From Chara braunii (Eukaryota; Plantae; Charophyceae), in assembly GCA_003427395.1 (NCBI GenBank), contig BFEA01000013.1, positions 6,559,038 to 6,622,983 on the forward strand: 63,946 nt of DNA, read 5' to 3'. The notes beneath the pieces are model-generated. The model made no database searches, was not told the DNA's origin, and saw only the letters and a program-made list of their open reading frames with translations. Shown one piece after another: positions 25,440-41,607 of the stretch (the first letter of the stretch is position 1; every line of letters starts with the position of its first letter). A program made the position numbers and the translations under genes.

Positions 25440-26230
25440 CACTCACTCAATCAATCAACCAACCATTCAATCAATTAATCAATTGATCTGATTGATTGAT
25501 TGAATCAATCAATCAATCAATCAATCAATCGATAGCGCCCACCCACTGTCCTTGTGTGTTTGTGTGTGTGTGTGTGTGAGAGAGAGAGCGAAAGAGAGGT
25601 TCATCCTGCTCATCTTCCTTCCTCCACCTTCCTCTTCTTTCCTCCTCCGTCCTCCTTGTCTCCTCTCGTTCATCCTTCCTCCTCCCTCCTCCTTTCCCCG
25701 CGTGCCACGTGCCACATCAGCACGCACGACACACAAGTTCTTATCAATCTTTACTCCTCCTCCTTTCTCTTTGTCTCCCGTCCTCCTGCTTCCTCCTCCT
25801 TCCTCCTCCTCTCTCCTCCTTCCTCCTCGTCTCCTCTTCTCCTTCTTCCTCGTCCCCCTTCCTCCTCCCTCGTTTTTCCTCCTACCACGTGAGACAACGC
25901 CACACGTTTTTCCTTCTGACACGGAATGTCGGGGCCGATGACTACCAACATTGGTAACCGGAGCCGCGCAGGGACAGAGGAACCCCATGGTGATGCTGGA
26001 CACTTGCGAATTTCGCTCACCTTCTCTTCGATCTCCTGTGTTTCGTAGCCTGTCTGTTGCAGACATTCACTGAGCGGACATGTTGAGATCCGGGACGATC
26101 CAGATTCATACACACACACACGCATACACACACACACACACAGAGTACTAGTTGATAGTACTTAATACTAACTACTGATTGCCCAACTGTTGCAGAAGCG
26201 GACATGTTGAGATATGGGACGATCCAGATT

Positions 26231-26262
<32 letters not shown>

Positions 26263-26752
26263 TAGTACTAGTTGATAGTACTTAATGCTAATTACTCATT
26301 GCAAAAGCATTCTAATTTCTAACGCTTCAGTGCAGCTGAACACAAACAATGCCGTCAACAACCTCCAGAGGCAGCCGCTGGACATTCTAGAGTGATGTCC
26401 CCAACACAATTGATCCATTGATTGATAAAATGATTGAGCGGTTGATTGATTGATCGATTGATCGGATCAATCAACCGATTGATTGATTGATTGATTCAAT
26501 TGACTGACTGGTTGAATCACTCAATCAATCGATCGATTGATTCAATCCTTGGCCATTCAATCAACTAATTAATCAATTGAATTGATTGATTGATTGATTG
26601 ATTGATTAAACAATTCAATCATTGGCCAACTGTTTCTTTGGTAGTAGGAGGAGCTGGGATAGGAGTAACCGCTCTATCAATCAATCGATTGATTGATTGA
26701 TTGATCGATCGAGAGAAATTTCGAAATCAATTAATCAATCAATCAATCAATT

Positions 26753-26828
<76 letters not shown>

Positions 26829-27050
26829 ACCACTCAATCAATCGACTAACCAACCAGTTAAGTGGAGTCAATCAATCGAATCAATCGTTCAATTCATCAA
26901 TTAATCAACCAATCAATCAATTATTTGAAATGATCAATCAATGAATCGATCAACCAATCAGTAAACCAAGTCCAATGATCGACCATCGAATGAGCGAATG
27001 ATGGATCGATATACAAACTCATCGATCTGTTGATTGGTTGATTGATTATG
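25440..27050. repeat. (AATC)n/(GATT)n degenerate arrays, CT-rich tract and a ~120-bp tandem duplication
   Basis: Visible tetranucleotide arrays in both orientations; GCGGACATGTTGAGAT... unit duplicated at about 26073 and 26198. Confidence 0.85.
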
Positions 27051-27197
27051 CATGTCTGTTCTCGCATTTCGTCGGCATCGGTTCAGTCACGATCGAGGGA
27101 ACATACGTCGTTGTCCATTGTCGTGTTTCTTCAATCGCACGCGCCAGGTCGCAGGCTTGTAGGGCCAGGTGGGTAGAGGCAGGGAGAGAGCGCCGAC

Positions 27198-28808
27198 ATG
27201 GCGCGTTGGCTGGAGTTTGTGCCCAATGAAGACTTCGAGAACGACCCTAGGGCAAAGCACGTCATCTGGTAGTACGTGCAGAAGGGTCAATTGTGAACCA
27301 ACTCTTCGGAAGCGGACCCGAAGGACAATCACGAGTTACGTTGCAGATTGTGTGGTCACCAGTGAGTCAACAACCAAACCAAGGCCACCCAACACTTCAA
27401 CACCTCACGCGAGCATGACAGGTGCCCGCACTCGTGCGTGAACATTCTTAGGGAGGTGCAAACTTGAAGGGCAAACATAGCCTTGAAGGGTTCCCTACTT
27501 GTCTATGTGCGGGAGGCTGACAGGGATGGTGAGCTCGATTTTCGAGCATCCCCTCAACTGCAGATTGCCTGGCGGTGTAGCACGACAACCCCCCTCTGGT
27601 CCCTGTGCGTGATTTGGCATAGGGACGAGGGCGGGCGGAGTGAGAAGGCCCCGCACTGGTGGTACGGTAGGACGGAGCGCGCCCCTTCGAAGGAGTGGGC
27701 GCCTCTGGAGCAGTGGGCCCATCTAGTGGAGGGTGAGAGGGAGCAGAAGAGAACCCGTCAGGGGTAGAGGGGGCAGGAGAGGGCTCGTGTGGGGGAGGGG
27801 ACGAGTGGGACGAGACAGAGCATGTAGAGCACGTAAGGGCGAGACGGTTTGATCCGGTGAGGAAGTGACCGTATGGTGCTTCGCATTTGCAGCCAGGGAG
27901 GAGACGGTGTGTGCTTGAGGCGGCTACTCGCGCTCCGCAGGACGAGCAACAATGGTGGAGGGAGAGGATGCTCCAACGAGCGAGAGATGAGGGCATACAT
28001 GTCCCTGCCGACCTCGAGGAAGGGCTGGCAGGAGACCCTGCAGAGCGTAGACAGGCTCGACACCAAGTGCCCAGAGTAACCCAGACTCGTCTTGATAGTT
28101 GGGTCGAGCACCCCATCCAGTACGACCTCGACATGGAGTACATTAGATTCTTCGTGGGTTGTGGTATGTCGTTCAACGTCGCTAGATCAGAATGGTATTT
28201 GACTTTACACGACGTCTAACTTAGTCAGTTCAGGGGTCCGTACTGACCTCATGAACCAGGGTCTTAGTTACTTCGCAGGACTATTGTCCCTGTTGTACGA
28301 GGAGCTCGGTGAGCGTTTGCGGTATTATCGCGAGTCGTGGTCTGAGGGGGTCACTTTCATGATGGGCGGCTGGTCGACTCAGGCCAACCGCCCTCTCTGC
28401 AACTACTTGGTTGAAGGGAGGTTGGGTGCATCCCTACACCGTGTTGAGGATATGTTTGGTAGGGAGTGGATCGGAGCAGGTTTGTACCTCATATGAAGGG
28501 AACTCATTCTAGAGATTGACGCTCAACATGTGGTAGCGATATGTACGGACAACGCGTTGGCCGACAAGGAGGCTTACTGTTTGCTCCATAATGATCAGGG
28601 TCTTTCATTGCGAAAGATCACTTCGATCCCTTGCTCAACCGACTACTGCAAATTGATGCTTACACACATCGCCATACATCCGTTGGTAGCGTATGTCATT
28701 GCAGAGGGGCGAGATATTACTTTGTTTTTTCGGCGGCTCTCACGGGCAGCGTACCTCCTAAGTCAACAGTCTCCAACTGTGTCCTTGATCCGCCCGGGGG
28801 AGACGTGG
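27198..28808 (+). pseudogene. hAT transposase N-terminal half (BED-type zinc finger + DUF659)
   Basis: IW*YV...CRLCGH...QHF...C; FFVGCGMSFNVA; GVTFMMGGWS..RPLCNYL; ICTDNA; SLIRPGET. Confidence 0.9.
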
Positions 28809-29140
28809 TGTCGCATTGTTTGGAGTCGGGCCACTTCTGGCGACCAGAAAGCCAACAGGCTGTCACGCAGGATTTGGATGATGTTTGCAATAAAGAAAAT
28901 AAATAAATTAAAGCAAATCCCTTCCTATAGTGTGCGTCCGACTTCGAGCGAGACCCTGCAATTGCGGTCTTCGCCGATCCCTGGTCTTAGGAATCTTTTA
29001 TTTTGATTCGGAACAACAAATAATCATGCAAATAATAATCATAAAATTCTGGTATGTCATGCATGCATCAACTTTGCCAGTTTCCTAATTTGAGAACTGT
29101 GACAGGATCATCAGGGAACATGATCATCAAACAAAGGCAG
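28809..29140 (-). repeat. LTR 3' terminus homologous to about 1800-2107
   Basis: Reverse complement matches the LTR end, e.g. GTGCGTCCGACTTCGAGCGAGACCC and GGTCTTAGGAATCTTTTATTTTGATTC. Confidence 0.9.
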
Positions 29141-29170
29141 AGTAGACGGTGCAATGAGTTGCACAAATCC

Positions 29171-29815
29171 TTTAGACCGCGCAGACCGTTCGAAGGACTG
29201 AACCGGGATCAGATTCACAGATTACCGCTCGGTACCAGGGAGTTCGCGATACAGAACGAAAAGGAGTTAGCCACTGTTGTTGAGAACCTTAGGAAGGCCC
29301 AGCACAGAATGATAGAGCAGGCTAACAAGCACCGTCACCCATCACAGTTTCAAGTAGGCGACTTAGTCTGGGTCAAGGCAAAAGAGTTTGCACCGGAAGA
29401 AAACATCTCGCAGAAGTTACTGCCTGCATATAGAGGACCGTGACCGGTTCTAGAAGTCAAGGGCGGAGAGGATGGACCGTCCTACAGCATTGAGATTCCA
29501 GCACACCTCCACACATACCCTGTGTTNCATGCTTCNAANCTGCNGCCGTGTGTCACTAGTCAACAGTTCCCTTCCAGGAGATCCATGATCCCACCGGATA
29601 TGGATGGGAGCTATGACATNGAGGGCATTGTAGAAGAGGATGTGTTTAGGACAGGAGGTAGAGGTCGTCCCCANAAACANTATAAAGTCCGGTTTGCCTA
29701 TCAGGAACCGGAANACGACCGCTGGTTCACGAAAGCAGAACTTCTAGAGACTGCTCCCGACATAGTTAGAGCCTATGAGCGTGACAAGAAAGGTAAAGGT
29801 CCCGCCTTGGACTGA
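29171..29815 (+). pseudogene. Chromovirus integrase C-terminus (GPY/F region + chromodomain)
   Basis: KAQHRMIEQANKHR, FQVGDLVWV, KLLPAYRGP, PVFHAS; YDxEGIVEE...YKVRFAYQEPExDRW...L...PDIVRAYE chromodomain. Confidence 0.9.
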
Positions 29816-29853
29816 AATTTTCTCGGAGGACCTCGAAATTAGGACGGCGGGAG

Positions 29854-30669
29854 TGAAACGGTTTTCATCTTTTAGCAGTGGCGGATGCAGTATGCAGGGT
29901 TCGATCCCTAGACCTCACCCTACCCATGTACAGTATCTGTGCGAGAATTGAACCTGTAACCTGTGCATTCGTAGGCAGTTGGTAGGCCTGTCGTAGGTCC
30001 ATAGGCAGCAGGGGTTCTATCTGTAGGTCTATAGCGTAGGAGTCTTAGTGAGTTCGGGAAGCTTAGCTGTAGACCTTCTAGAAGGTAGGCAAGTGGGCAA
30101 GTGGTCAAGTGGAGAGGCAAGTGGTGGACTAAACCGCAGTGCAACAGCAGTACAACGTCGGTAGGATAGCGGTGAGTCCACAGTCAGTCAGCGGAAGGTC
30201 CAGTCAGTCCCAGTCCGGTCCAGCAAGTACCACAGGAGGACTGTGAGCACCAAGGGCCGATGGCAAAGGGCAGACCAACGAGTTTCTGAAGTATAAATCA
30301 AGAGGCAGCGCCCAGCCATTCATTCGTTCTTACGTGAGCCATGCGGAAGCGCTGCCACAGCCACTTGTGCAAGGAGGTCTGCAGATGAGCCCGGAGGACG
30401 CAGTGGGCTAGAGAGAGGGAGTTAGCATAGCGATAGGGTAGATGCAGTTGACAGCTGCCATAGCTGTAGTTAGTAGTGAGTGTGTGTGTGTGTGTTGGAG
30501 TGTTAGAGTGATGCGTGTGGGATATCCAGGGTGATCCAGTGTATGTGAACAGTGAGATGTTTGGGCGTTGAAGTCGCCATAGCTAATTGAGAGTGAACTC
30601 GTATCTGAAAGCCATATCTCCGAGTTTTGAGTGGGCGCATGTCGCCAGTATGCTGCGTTGCTGTTTACA
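29854..30669 (+). repeat. 3' LTR of the chromovirus fragment
   Basis: Purine-rich AGGACGGCGGGAG followed by TGAAACG at 29854; likely end GTTTACA at 30669. Confidence 0.65.
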
Positions 30670-30699
30670 TGCATGAAAAGTGTGTTTGAGAACGAGTCT

Positions 30700-32600
<1,901 letters not shown>

Positions 32601-32933
32601 TTTGCCTATTATCGAACCGGTAGGCCGTCTAACGAGCAGTTCAGTGTTTTTCTTGCTGTTTCCAACTGCTCACGGCCCAATCTTGCAGTGGACTATTATT
32701 TCTGCGAATTCTGAACTGTGCAGCGGTCACAGGCGCAGTTGTCTCTGAAAAAGTATTCCGGCTTTCCGAATTACGGGAAATAAAAAGGAAATCAAAATTA
32801 TTCCGGATTTTCAACAACGACATTTCAAATTCTCAGAAGAAAAACGAAAACGTAAATTTCAGGCACTAAAACCCACTCTACACACCCACTGATCCAGGGA
32901 TGTGGATGTGTGTGTATGGGGGGGGGGATGTGG

Positions 32934-32993
<60 letters not shown>

Positions 32994-33117
32994 AAGATTC
33001 TTGTTTTTCTTTCTTCTCAAAAGTAATTTCGTTACGTGCACTGGGAATGGACAGGAGGAGTAAGTGGAAAATGAAAGTGTGATGACCCGTCCAAACATGG
33101 ACTGAAACACACAGCTG

Positions 33118-34130
33118 ATTTCTGAGTTTTGCTCATAGACTGAATGCCTTGCTGAGTTTCCCGCCTGCTACTAAGTCTGTGTGTGCATGCTTGTTGACTG
33201 CATGTCTGTCTGAGTGCTGGTTGGCTTGAGTATGTGTGTGACCATGCCTGTCTGAGTGCTGGTTGGCTTGGGTGTGTGTAACCGTGCCTGTCTGAGTGCT
33301 GGTTGGCACGGGTATGAGTGTGGCCCGTCAGGGCACTTGCTCGTTCGTTGGGCCCTCAGGGCCGGTACTTACCTGTGGCTGTGACATTGAGGGGTTGCAG
33401 CGGGGAAAAGCACTCAAGTAGCGGGTAGTCCGCTACCGCACCTGGAAGGGGTAGATGTGCGGGTACCGGAGGCCGAGCAGAAGAAGACAAAAGTGGCAGT
33501 TTTAGAGGCCCAATAGTGTAGGCTAGGTCTAGGCGGGTACCAGTCTGAGTCTAGGGCCTGCACGGCCAATATCAGAGTCTTGCAATGATGTTTCCCTCCG
33601 AAAAGGAGGAGGTACCGGTTGCTTGGAAGGCCAAGCGGCCTGGGAGTCACCGCCCAGGAGGCAAAGCAGGCCGCCATATCTTCGGGCCGGGCGAAGAGTG
33701 CGGCCTCTTTTTCGGTGTGCAAGTTTGGCGACACACTGGTTGGAGCGTCGGCTGGAGCAGCGCTACCCGGAGCAGCGCTGGTGGGGAAGGAGGACACGGG
33801 GGAGGAAGAAGGAAGGAAGGGGGAGGAGCGCCAGGGGTACTTACCTGGCTATGGTGGCAGCCATCTTCATCACCTTGGCGGGCGCTGCAGCAGGAAGGCC
33901 CCAGCGGAGGTTTAGCCACACCAAGAAGCTTGGAGGCAGGGGTTGGGCATGGCGGCCTGAGCTAGGGCAACCATAGCTGCTTTGGGTTGTCCGATGGACA
34001 TCGGGGCCAGGCCCAGTAGTCCACCATAGCCTCGGCCTATGAGGGTGAAGGTTGAGGGAGGCGGCCATGGCTATAGTGGACCTCATGTGATACCAGCAGT
34101 AGGAGAGGGACCCGGACATTGATTCTGGTT
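33118..34130. mobile_element. Unclassified ~1-kb GC-rich insertion
   Basis: Flanked by CAGCTG on both sides; three tandem TGTCTGAGTGCTGGTTGGC units; 127-codon minus-strand ORF with no recognised domain. Confidence 0.35.
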
Positions 34131-34454
34131 CAGCTGCTCAACATTGCACTATTATTTATTGTGTGAATAAGAGAGGAGGAGATAAGAGGGAGGAGATTGC
34201 TGGGTGAAGAAGAAGAGCCTTGTCTTTGCCTATGCTGCTGTGCATCATCTTCTTCTTCATTCTTACTTCTTCTTCTTCTTCCAACCCTCTTTNTTCTCTC
34301 AAGTTCATTCACTTCTTTTTGCAATTGGGCGGCATTGTACCATCTGATGGATGTGCATCTCGAAATTGGCCAAGGTCATAACAAAAGTGTGTAAAAGGAA
34401 ATAACAGAGCCCGACATAACGCCTGCATACACAGTCACACAGAAGACGCACACA

Positions 34455-34504
<50 letters not shown>

Positions 34505-34569
34505 NNNNNNNNNNNNNNNNNNNNNNNNNNNNNNNNNNNNNNNNNNNNNNNNNNNNNNNNNNNNNNNNN
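34505..34569. other. Assembly gap
   Basis: Run of N. Confidence 1.
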
Positions 34570-36113
<1,544 letters not shown>

Positions 36114-37272
36114 TGGTATTCTGGATAAGAACAGAAAGGTAGATGAGGGTTCTATGGAGGGAGGCAGCTACCATGGTGACACAGACATAGACAATGAAAG
36201 GTCAAATGACAAAAAGAAAAGTTCAGGGGGAACCGAGGAGGGCGCTTGTTATCCAAACAAAGGCTGAGTTAGAACATTATTTTCCGATTCTGCTATGTGA
36301 AAAACTGATATTTGTTAGCAAGGGTGTAATAGTAATTGTGTACACAATCCTCCAAATGATGAATGTTACAACAAAATGTCGTAAAAAGATTATACATCAA
36401 AGAATACACGGACAGAGTTTTTACCGGACCCTTCAGAATAGTTATTGTATTATGGTATGTCTTTTATGAAAAACATTATGCATTATTTGTTTCATATTCA
36501 TTTGTTGCATAGCCTATTAATGAAACTCAATTCTTTTATGAGAAGGCTACAAAAAATATAAATGACATTTATATTTTTTATTTTCGTCTTGTCAACGACT
36601 ATCTTAACGATGTAATGAGTGTTGTATTGACAAACATACTTTCATACGCTCTTTTGTTTTAGGGGAATGAGACCAAGACATAGCCATACAGAGAGAGGGA
36701 GAGAGACACACTATCCCTATATATAACGAAAACTCAATGACATATTTTGTTTTCAGCGCAATGAGAGTACTAAGAGATGCAATACACTTGTCTATGAACA
36801 TTATTTTATTATATGCAATAGTCCATGATACATATATAAATACATATATATATATATATATCGTAAATAAATATATATATATATGCATATATATATATAT
36901 TATTTACGATTTATTATTATTATTATTATTTTAATTTATATTCAACATTGCTCAAACATTCCATGATGTTTTCTAACAATCTTTCCAACGTTGTCGAGTG
37001 TTGAAAATGATGTTGAATCAACATTTGGCGAACAGTTAGTCGAACACTTGCAAATTGTTGAAGGAATGTTGTACAAGTGGTTGGTTCATGGGGCTCTCCA
37101 ACATATATAACGTTTAATGAGTTGAAGCAACGGTCCTTCATTGTGTGTTTATCGGTCAACGTGAATGAACCTTAGAATATTAAAAAATTGTGTGTTCACG
37201 ACTTAGGCAACAGTTAAATAAGGCAAAAATGTTAAATATCATAATTTATGAAAAATAATTATTTTTCTGTTG

Positions 37273-39026
37273 CGCTCTTCTGAACCTCCTGTTGTCCCAC
37301 AGCCTCTTCCTGAGTTGTAGGTGGAACCTCTTCAATTTTTATGGCCTCAGCTAGTGGTCTCTCTCCTGACATTGTTGGCTCTTGCCCAAGTGTCAGGTCG
37401 GCCGACATCCTCCACTCAAACTTTCCATCCTCTGCATCCTTCTCAGCTGATGCCCCTTGTGGTTCCAACATTTCCTTGTCTATCAGTGGAACCTCCTCAC
37501 CCTCTTGCATGTCCGCCTTTTCCTCTTTCTTCTGGCTTTTGAAGACTTCTTCTATTGGCCGTCCCCTAAGCTCAAACCCCTGGACCTCTATCCAGTCCAC
37601 CACTGCAGTAAGGGTTTGTTGTGTACACCTGACCTCAAGGTCTCGTATTCTCTTTTCCCATTCAGCTTCCTTTGCTTGGAAGGAGACCTTCTGTGCCTGT
37701 AGATAGGCCCTCAGGACGTCATTGACCTTATTAAGGGTTTGGTTGACCTGCCTGACGGCCTCGTTCTCCGCGCAGATCTTCTCCATGCCTGCTTTCACTG
37801 TCTCCATCTCTTTGCTTTGTCTTTCCAACTCCTCCTTCAGGTCTTCAACTTCTCTTTCTCATTCTACCCTCTGGCCATACGCTTTCTGTGCCACCTTTGT
37901 TAGCCTCTCTCCAACCTTCTGATCTGAAGCTCTGGCTGCTGCGAAGCCTTCCTTTATCACGCCCCTCAGGTTGAGTAGGTCTGCAGAGACTAACTTGACC
38001 CCCATCCCCTGATGATGCCCTCCGGACCTCCCTGCAGCGCCCATCAGCTTGTCAAAGTTGACCCAGACCTCTGAAAATAAGGACAGGTCCTCTTCCTGAG
38101 TGCGAGTGCCCTTTCTACTTTTGTCATCCACCTCCTCAGGCTCTTTTCCCTGTTGCATCCTCTCATGCAGCTCTGCGAGGTTCTTCATTCTGAGTTGAAC
38201 CTTGATCTCTTGCTCCCTTGCTGCTCTCTCCTTCCTGTCCAATTCCCTCACTTTGACAGACTGCTCCTCCCTTTGTTCCTGCACAGGTGGCTCACGAGGC
38301 ACGTCTGGTTCTTTGTCTTGCATAGGACAATCCACCTCCCTCTGAGCAGGCTGTGGAGGCACCTCTGGACCACCTGACCCTCCCGCTCTCTCGTGCCTAT
38401 GGGATCTGTGCTCCTTTCTCCTGTCCTCCCTTTGAGTCCCTGATGACATGCCTCGCTCAAAGGTTCTCCTCTTCTCTGCTTCTAGCTCCCTCCTTCTCTT
38501 TTTCAGACTCCTTCGTTCATCTACCTGACGTGCTGGAGCATAGTGGCCCCAGAGCAGCTTCTTACAGTGTCCCCAATTCATGGCCGGTGTTACAATAGAT
38601 CTGACAAAGGACCTGATATGTCGCCTCACATATAGGAGGAAGTTCCCCATCCTCTGCTCTCCTGAAATATTGAGATCATCTGCATACTGGTCAGGAGTCA
38701 AATCGAATGGGTTGTCCATTTCTCCCTATTGACGACGGGCGCAAACCCTCCATCTTCCTCTCAAAATCCTGCCAGGTCAGGGATTCCCTGACAAGGTTGG
38801 CAATGGGGTCTGTCCACTCGCCTGTGCCTCGCACCTCTCTCAGCATCCTGGTGCCATCCCATCCAAACTCACGAGCATGCCTCTCAAACTCAATCAGGAA
38901 CAACTCAATGTTCCCTCCCTGGAAAACCGGAGGCCTGTCCTCTCTCCTGGTGCTCATCTGTGTCCTCCGTCTGGTCGCCCCTAGAGGGTTTTCCACTGGC
39001 TCTGCCCCTCCCCTCCCTCTTGGCAT
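37273..39026 (-). pseudogene. Extra ORF after integrase: Gag-capsid-like domains + charged coiled coil
   Basis: PPVFQGGNIELFLIEFERHAREFGW...LTWQDF resembles IPCFRGPQVNDFLDEYELFGLSYGW...TTWEEV of the gag at 4367; followed by E/K/R-rich heptad-like segments. Confidence 0.7.
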
Positions 39027-39286
39027 GGCTGCCCCAATCTGTGTCAAGCCTGCACAACGAGGAGACAAACAGGAGCACACAGAGGGTAAGCAGGTTGGGA
39101 AAACACAACAGGAGACAGACATAGCCCTCCCACAACTATCCCAGCTATCTGCCTATCTACATATGCATATATACATACACGAGTCTAACCAGGAAGTCAC
39201 AACCTGTCACGTCATTTTACTGAGAACAGTATCCCATACATTCTACTTGTACTATCACTCCTATGCAAATTAGTCAAAGGATGATT

Positions 39287-40380
39287 CTAACTTGTGAGGT
39301 TCATGCTCATCTCGTCTCGAGCCACTAACTTCTTTAGCCTCGAGCCTGACACCCAGTCTTTCCACGCCGTCTCATTCAACTGCTCAATCTGGTAGGCTCC
39401 GTGCTCACCACACCTGGTGACCCTGTACGGTCTCAACCACCTCTTGTCCAGCTTCCGCGACCACTGCTTCTCCAGGGATGAGTCGTATAGCAACACAATG
39501 TCTCCCACCTTAAGAGGTTCCTTCCTTACCCTCGCCATCTTATCCCACCTGAACTTGTCCTTGGTACGGCTGTCAGCCGTCCTACTGGCCACCTCCTCAA
39601 TCCTGTCCTCTACAGCGCCAATCTGACGTGCCCTTGAGTCAAGCAGTTCTTCAAACGTCAGATTAGTCTTGAGGTCCTGCCGCCTCCAGGTCTTTAGGAA
39701 ACTTTCGATAGGAAACGTTGCATGCCTGTCATACCATAGCGTGGCCGGTGCGTAGCCGGTGCTTCTTCGGACGGTGATATTATCCACGAAGAAAGCGACC
39801 CTTAGAAAATTCGACTACTGATTGGGTCTGTTATCGGTCGACTTAGCAAGAAGATTTGTGATGGTGTTATGCCCTCTTTCCACCGGTGCATTAGCTTGGG
39901 GGTGCGCTGCGGTAGTATACTCGGCGATTACCCCATACCTCTTCAGAAGTGTCTTCACTTCTGCACATGTGAATTCAGACCCTCTATCCATCACAAATCT
40001 GGAGACAAAGGGGTAACGCAGGTAATACTCTTCGATGCATCGGACTAGCGTCTCACCAGTCTTTGTGCGAATGGCCCTGCCATCCACAAATCCAGAGAGG
40101 TTGTCCCGTGCATCAAAGATAAAGTTATAACTCCTTATTCCCAGCGGCATTGCCAACAGATCCAGGTGCACGATCCCGCCAACTTCACGAACATATCTTG
40201 GGTGAAGCGGCTCCCTAGGTCTAAGAGAGGATCGGTCCTGGCATGGTACACAAGATTTACAATAATCATCGATCATCTGCCCTATGACATCTCAATAGTA
40301 CAGTTCATGTATCTTGAGGTAAGTCGTATCCGTGCTCTTGTGGCCTCCTGCCGTACCGTCATGTAGTGCCGCCATAACGT
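39287..40380 (-). pseudogene. pol: Integrase
   Basis: YCKSCVPC, VHLDL, MDRGSEF, HPQANAPVERGH, KLDKRWLRPY. Confidence 0.93.
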
Positions 40381-40384
40381 CAAT

Positions 40385-41422
40385 CTAGCGAGCGACGCCG
40401 CAGACTACTCTTCTGGGAGCCCTCTCTTTGCTTCTCATGAACAGATGGTCATCCCTTACTAGAAAACTTGGCCTCATCTTCAGAACTTTTGCGCAAGCGT
40501 CCCTTTCCCCCATCTCACACGACAGAAGCATTCCGAGTTCAAGGTATATTCCCTTATATTTCTCTGCTTGAAACGCTTCTTTAATCTCACATTCCTCAAA
40601 ATCATCATCTTCCCTCTCGTGGATCATGTTATCACCCTCTTCCTGATCTTGCACCGTATTCCTGACCACCTCTTCCTGAAGCTGCGCATTTGCCAGCAGG
40701 TACACCCCATCTACCACTTTCTCGTGCTTGCTCACCTGCAGCGCCCCATCCTCAATCGTGAGCAAGTCCTCATGTAGGTGGTACTTGCCTGCTAAAGCCA
40801 GCTCCATCATCCAATCCACACCTGGCGTTCCCCATGAGTCTTCTTCAACATAGGGCTTAAGGACTAGGTCTGGTCGTCGTACATGTCCTGGTGGTGCAAG
40901 CCACACAGGTCGCCCCAAAGTAACATAGTTACCTACGACCAATGACCAGGAGTTAATGTGAAGTCTCACATCCTCCTCACTGTCCAGGAATCCGTCAACT
41001 GGTGGAGTATCCTCGATCACTCCTTGGTGGTTCTTGTCCCAGTCGACTCGACACAGCCCGTCTGCTCTATGCTTGTTCCACGGAATTCGCTCCAACTCGA
41101 AGTCGAATATCCAGATGTATGTTAACCATCTAGCGATAGTTGGATATGAAGGAGCGAAGTTTTTGAGAGAACCAGCTAGAGCAGTTGGGTCCACTCTTAG
41201 TACAAACCTGCTGCCAAAGAAGTAGTTTCTGAAAATCCTCAAGCAGTGAAGAACAGTCAAGGTTTCACGCTTAAACTGAGAGTGGTTCCTCTCAGTTGTA
41301 TTAAGCGTTCGACTCTCAAACCTTAGTGGTCGTTCTTCCCCATTGAGGTCTTGCTGGATCAACACACCTCCTAAAGCAGTTGGCCTTGCGTCCGTTTCAA
41401 CAATGAAAGGTCTGGTCATCAC
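40385..41422 (-). pseudogene. pol: RNase H + acidic linker
   Basis: FIVETDA, RPLRFESR, LRVDP, HRADGL. Confidence 0.93.
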
Positions 41423-41607
41423 CGCCGCATGATCTTCAGACCTTCTATCACCGACTGTTGCTTATCTCCCCACTCCCAATCTTGGCCCTGACGCACAAGC
41501 TTTCGCAATTGCTCAGTTTTCGCCGCAAACCCCTTTATGAAGATCCTTCAAAACCCACACGTTACCAAGAAGCTCCTTACCTCCGTGATAGTCTCGAACG
41601 GGGTTGG

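Noticed and set aside
21575-26205. ORFs rich in ER/SL/HT/CV dipeptides or PEPECPNPNAR repeats
   Set aside because: Translations of microsatellites and MITE subterminal repeats.
34081-34095. Minus-strand TGGTATCA PBS-like motif
   Set aside because: Only an 8-nt match; no adjacent LTR CA end or downstream gag.
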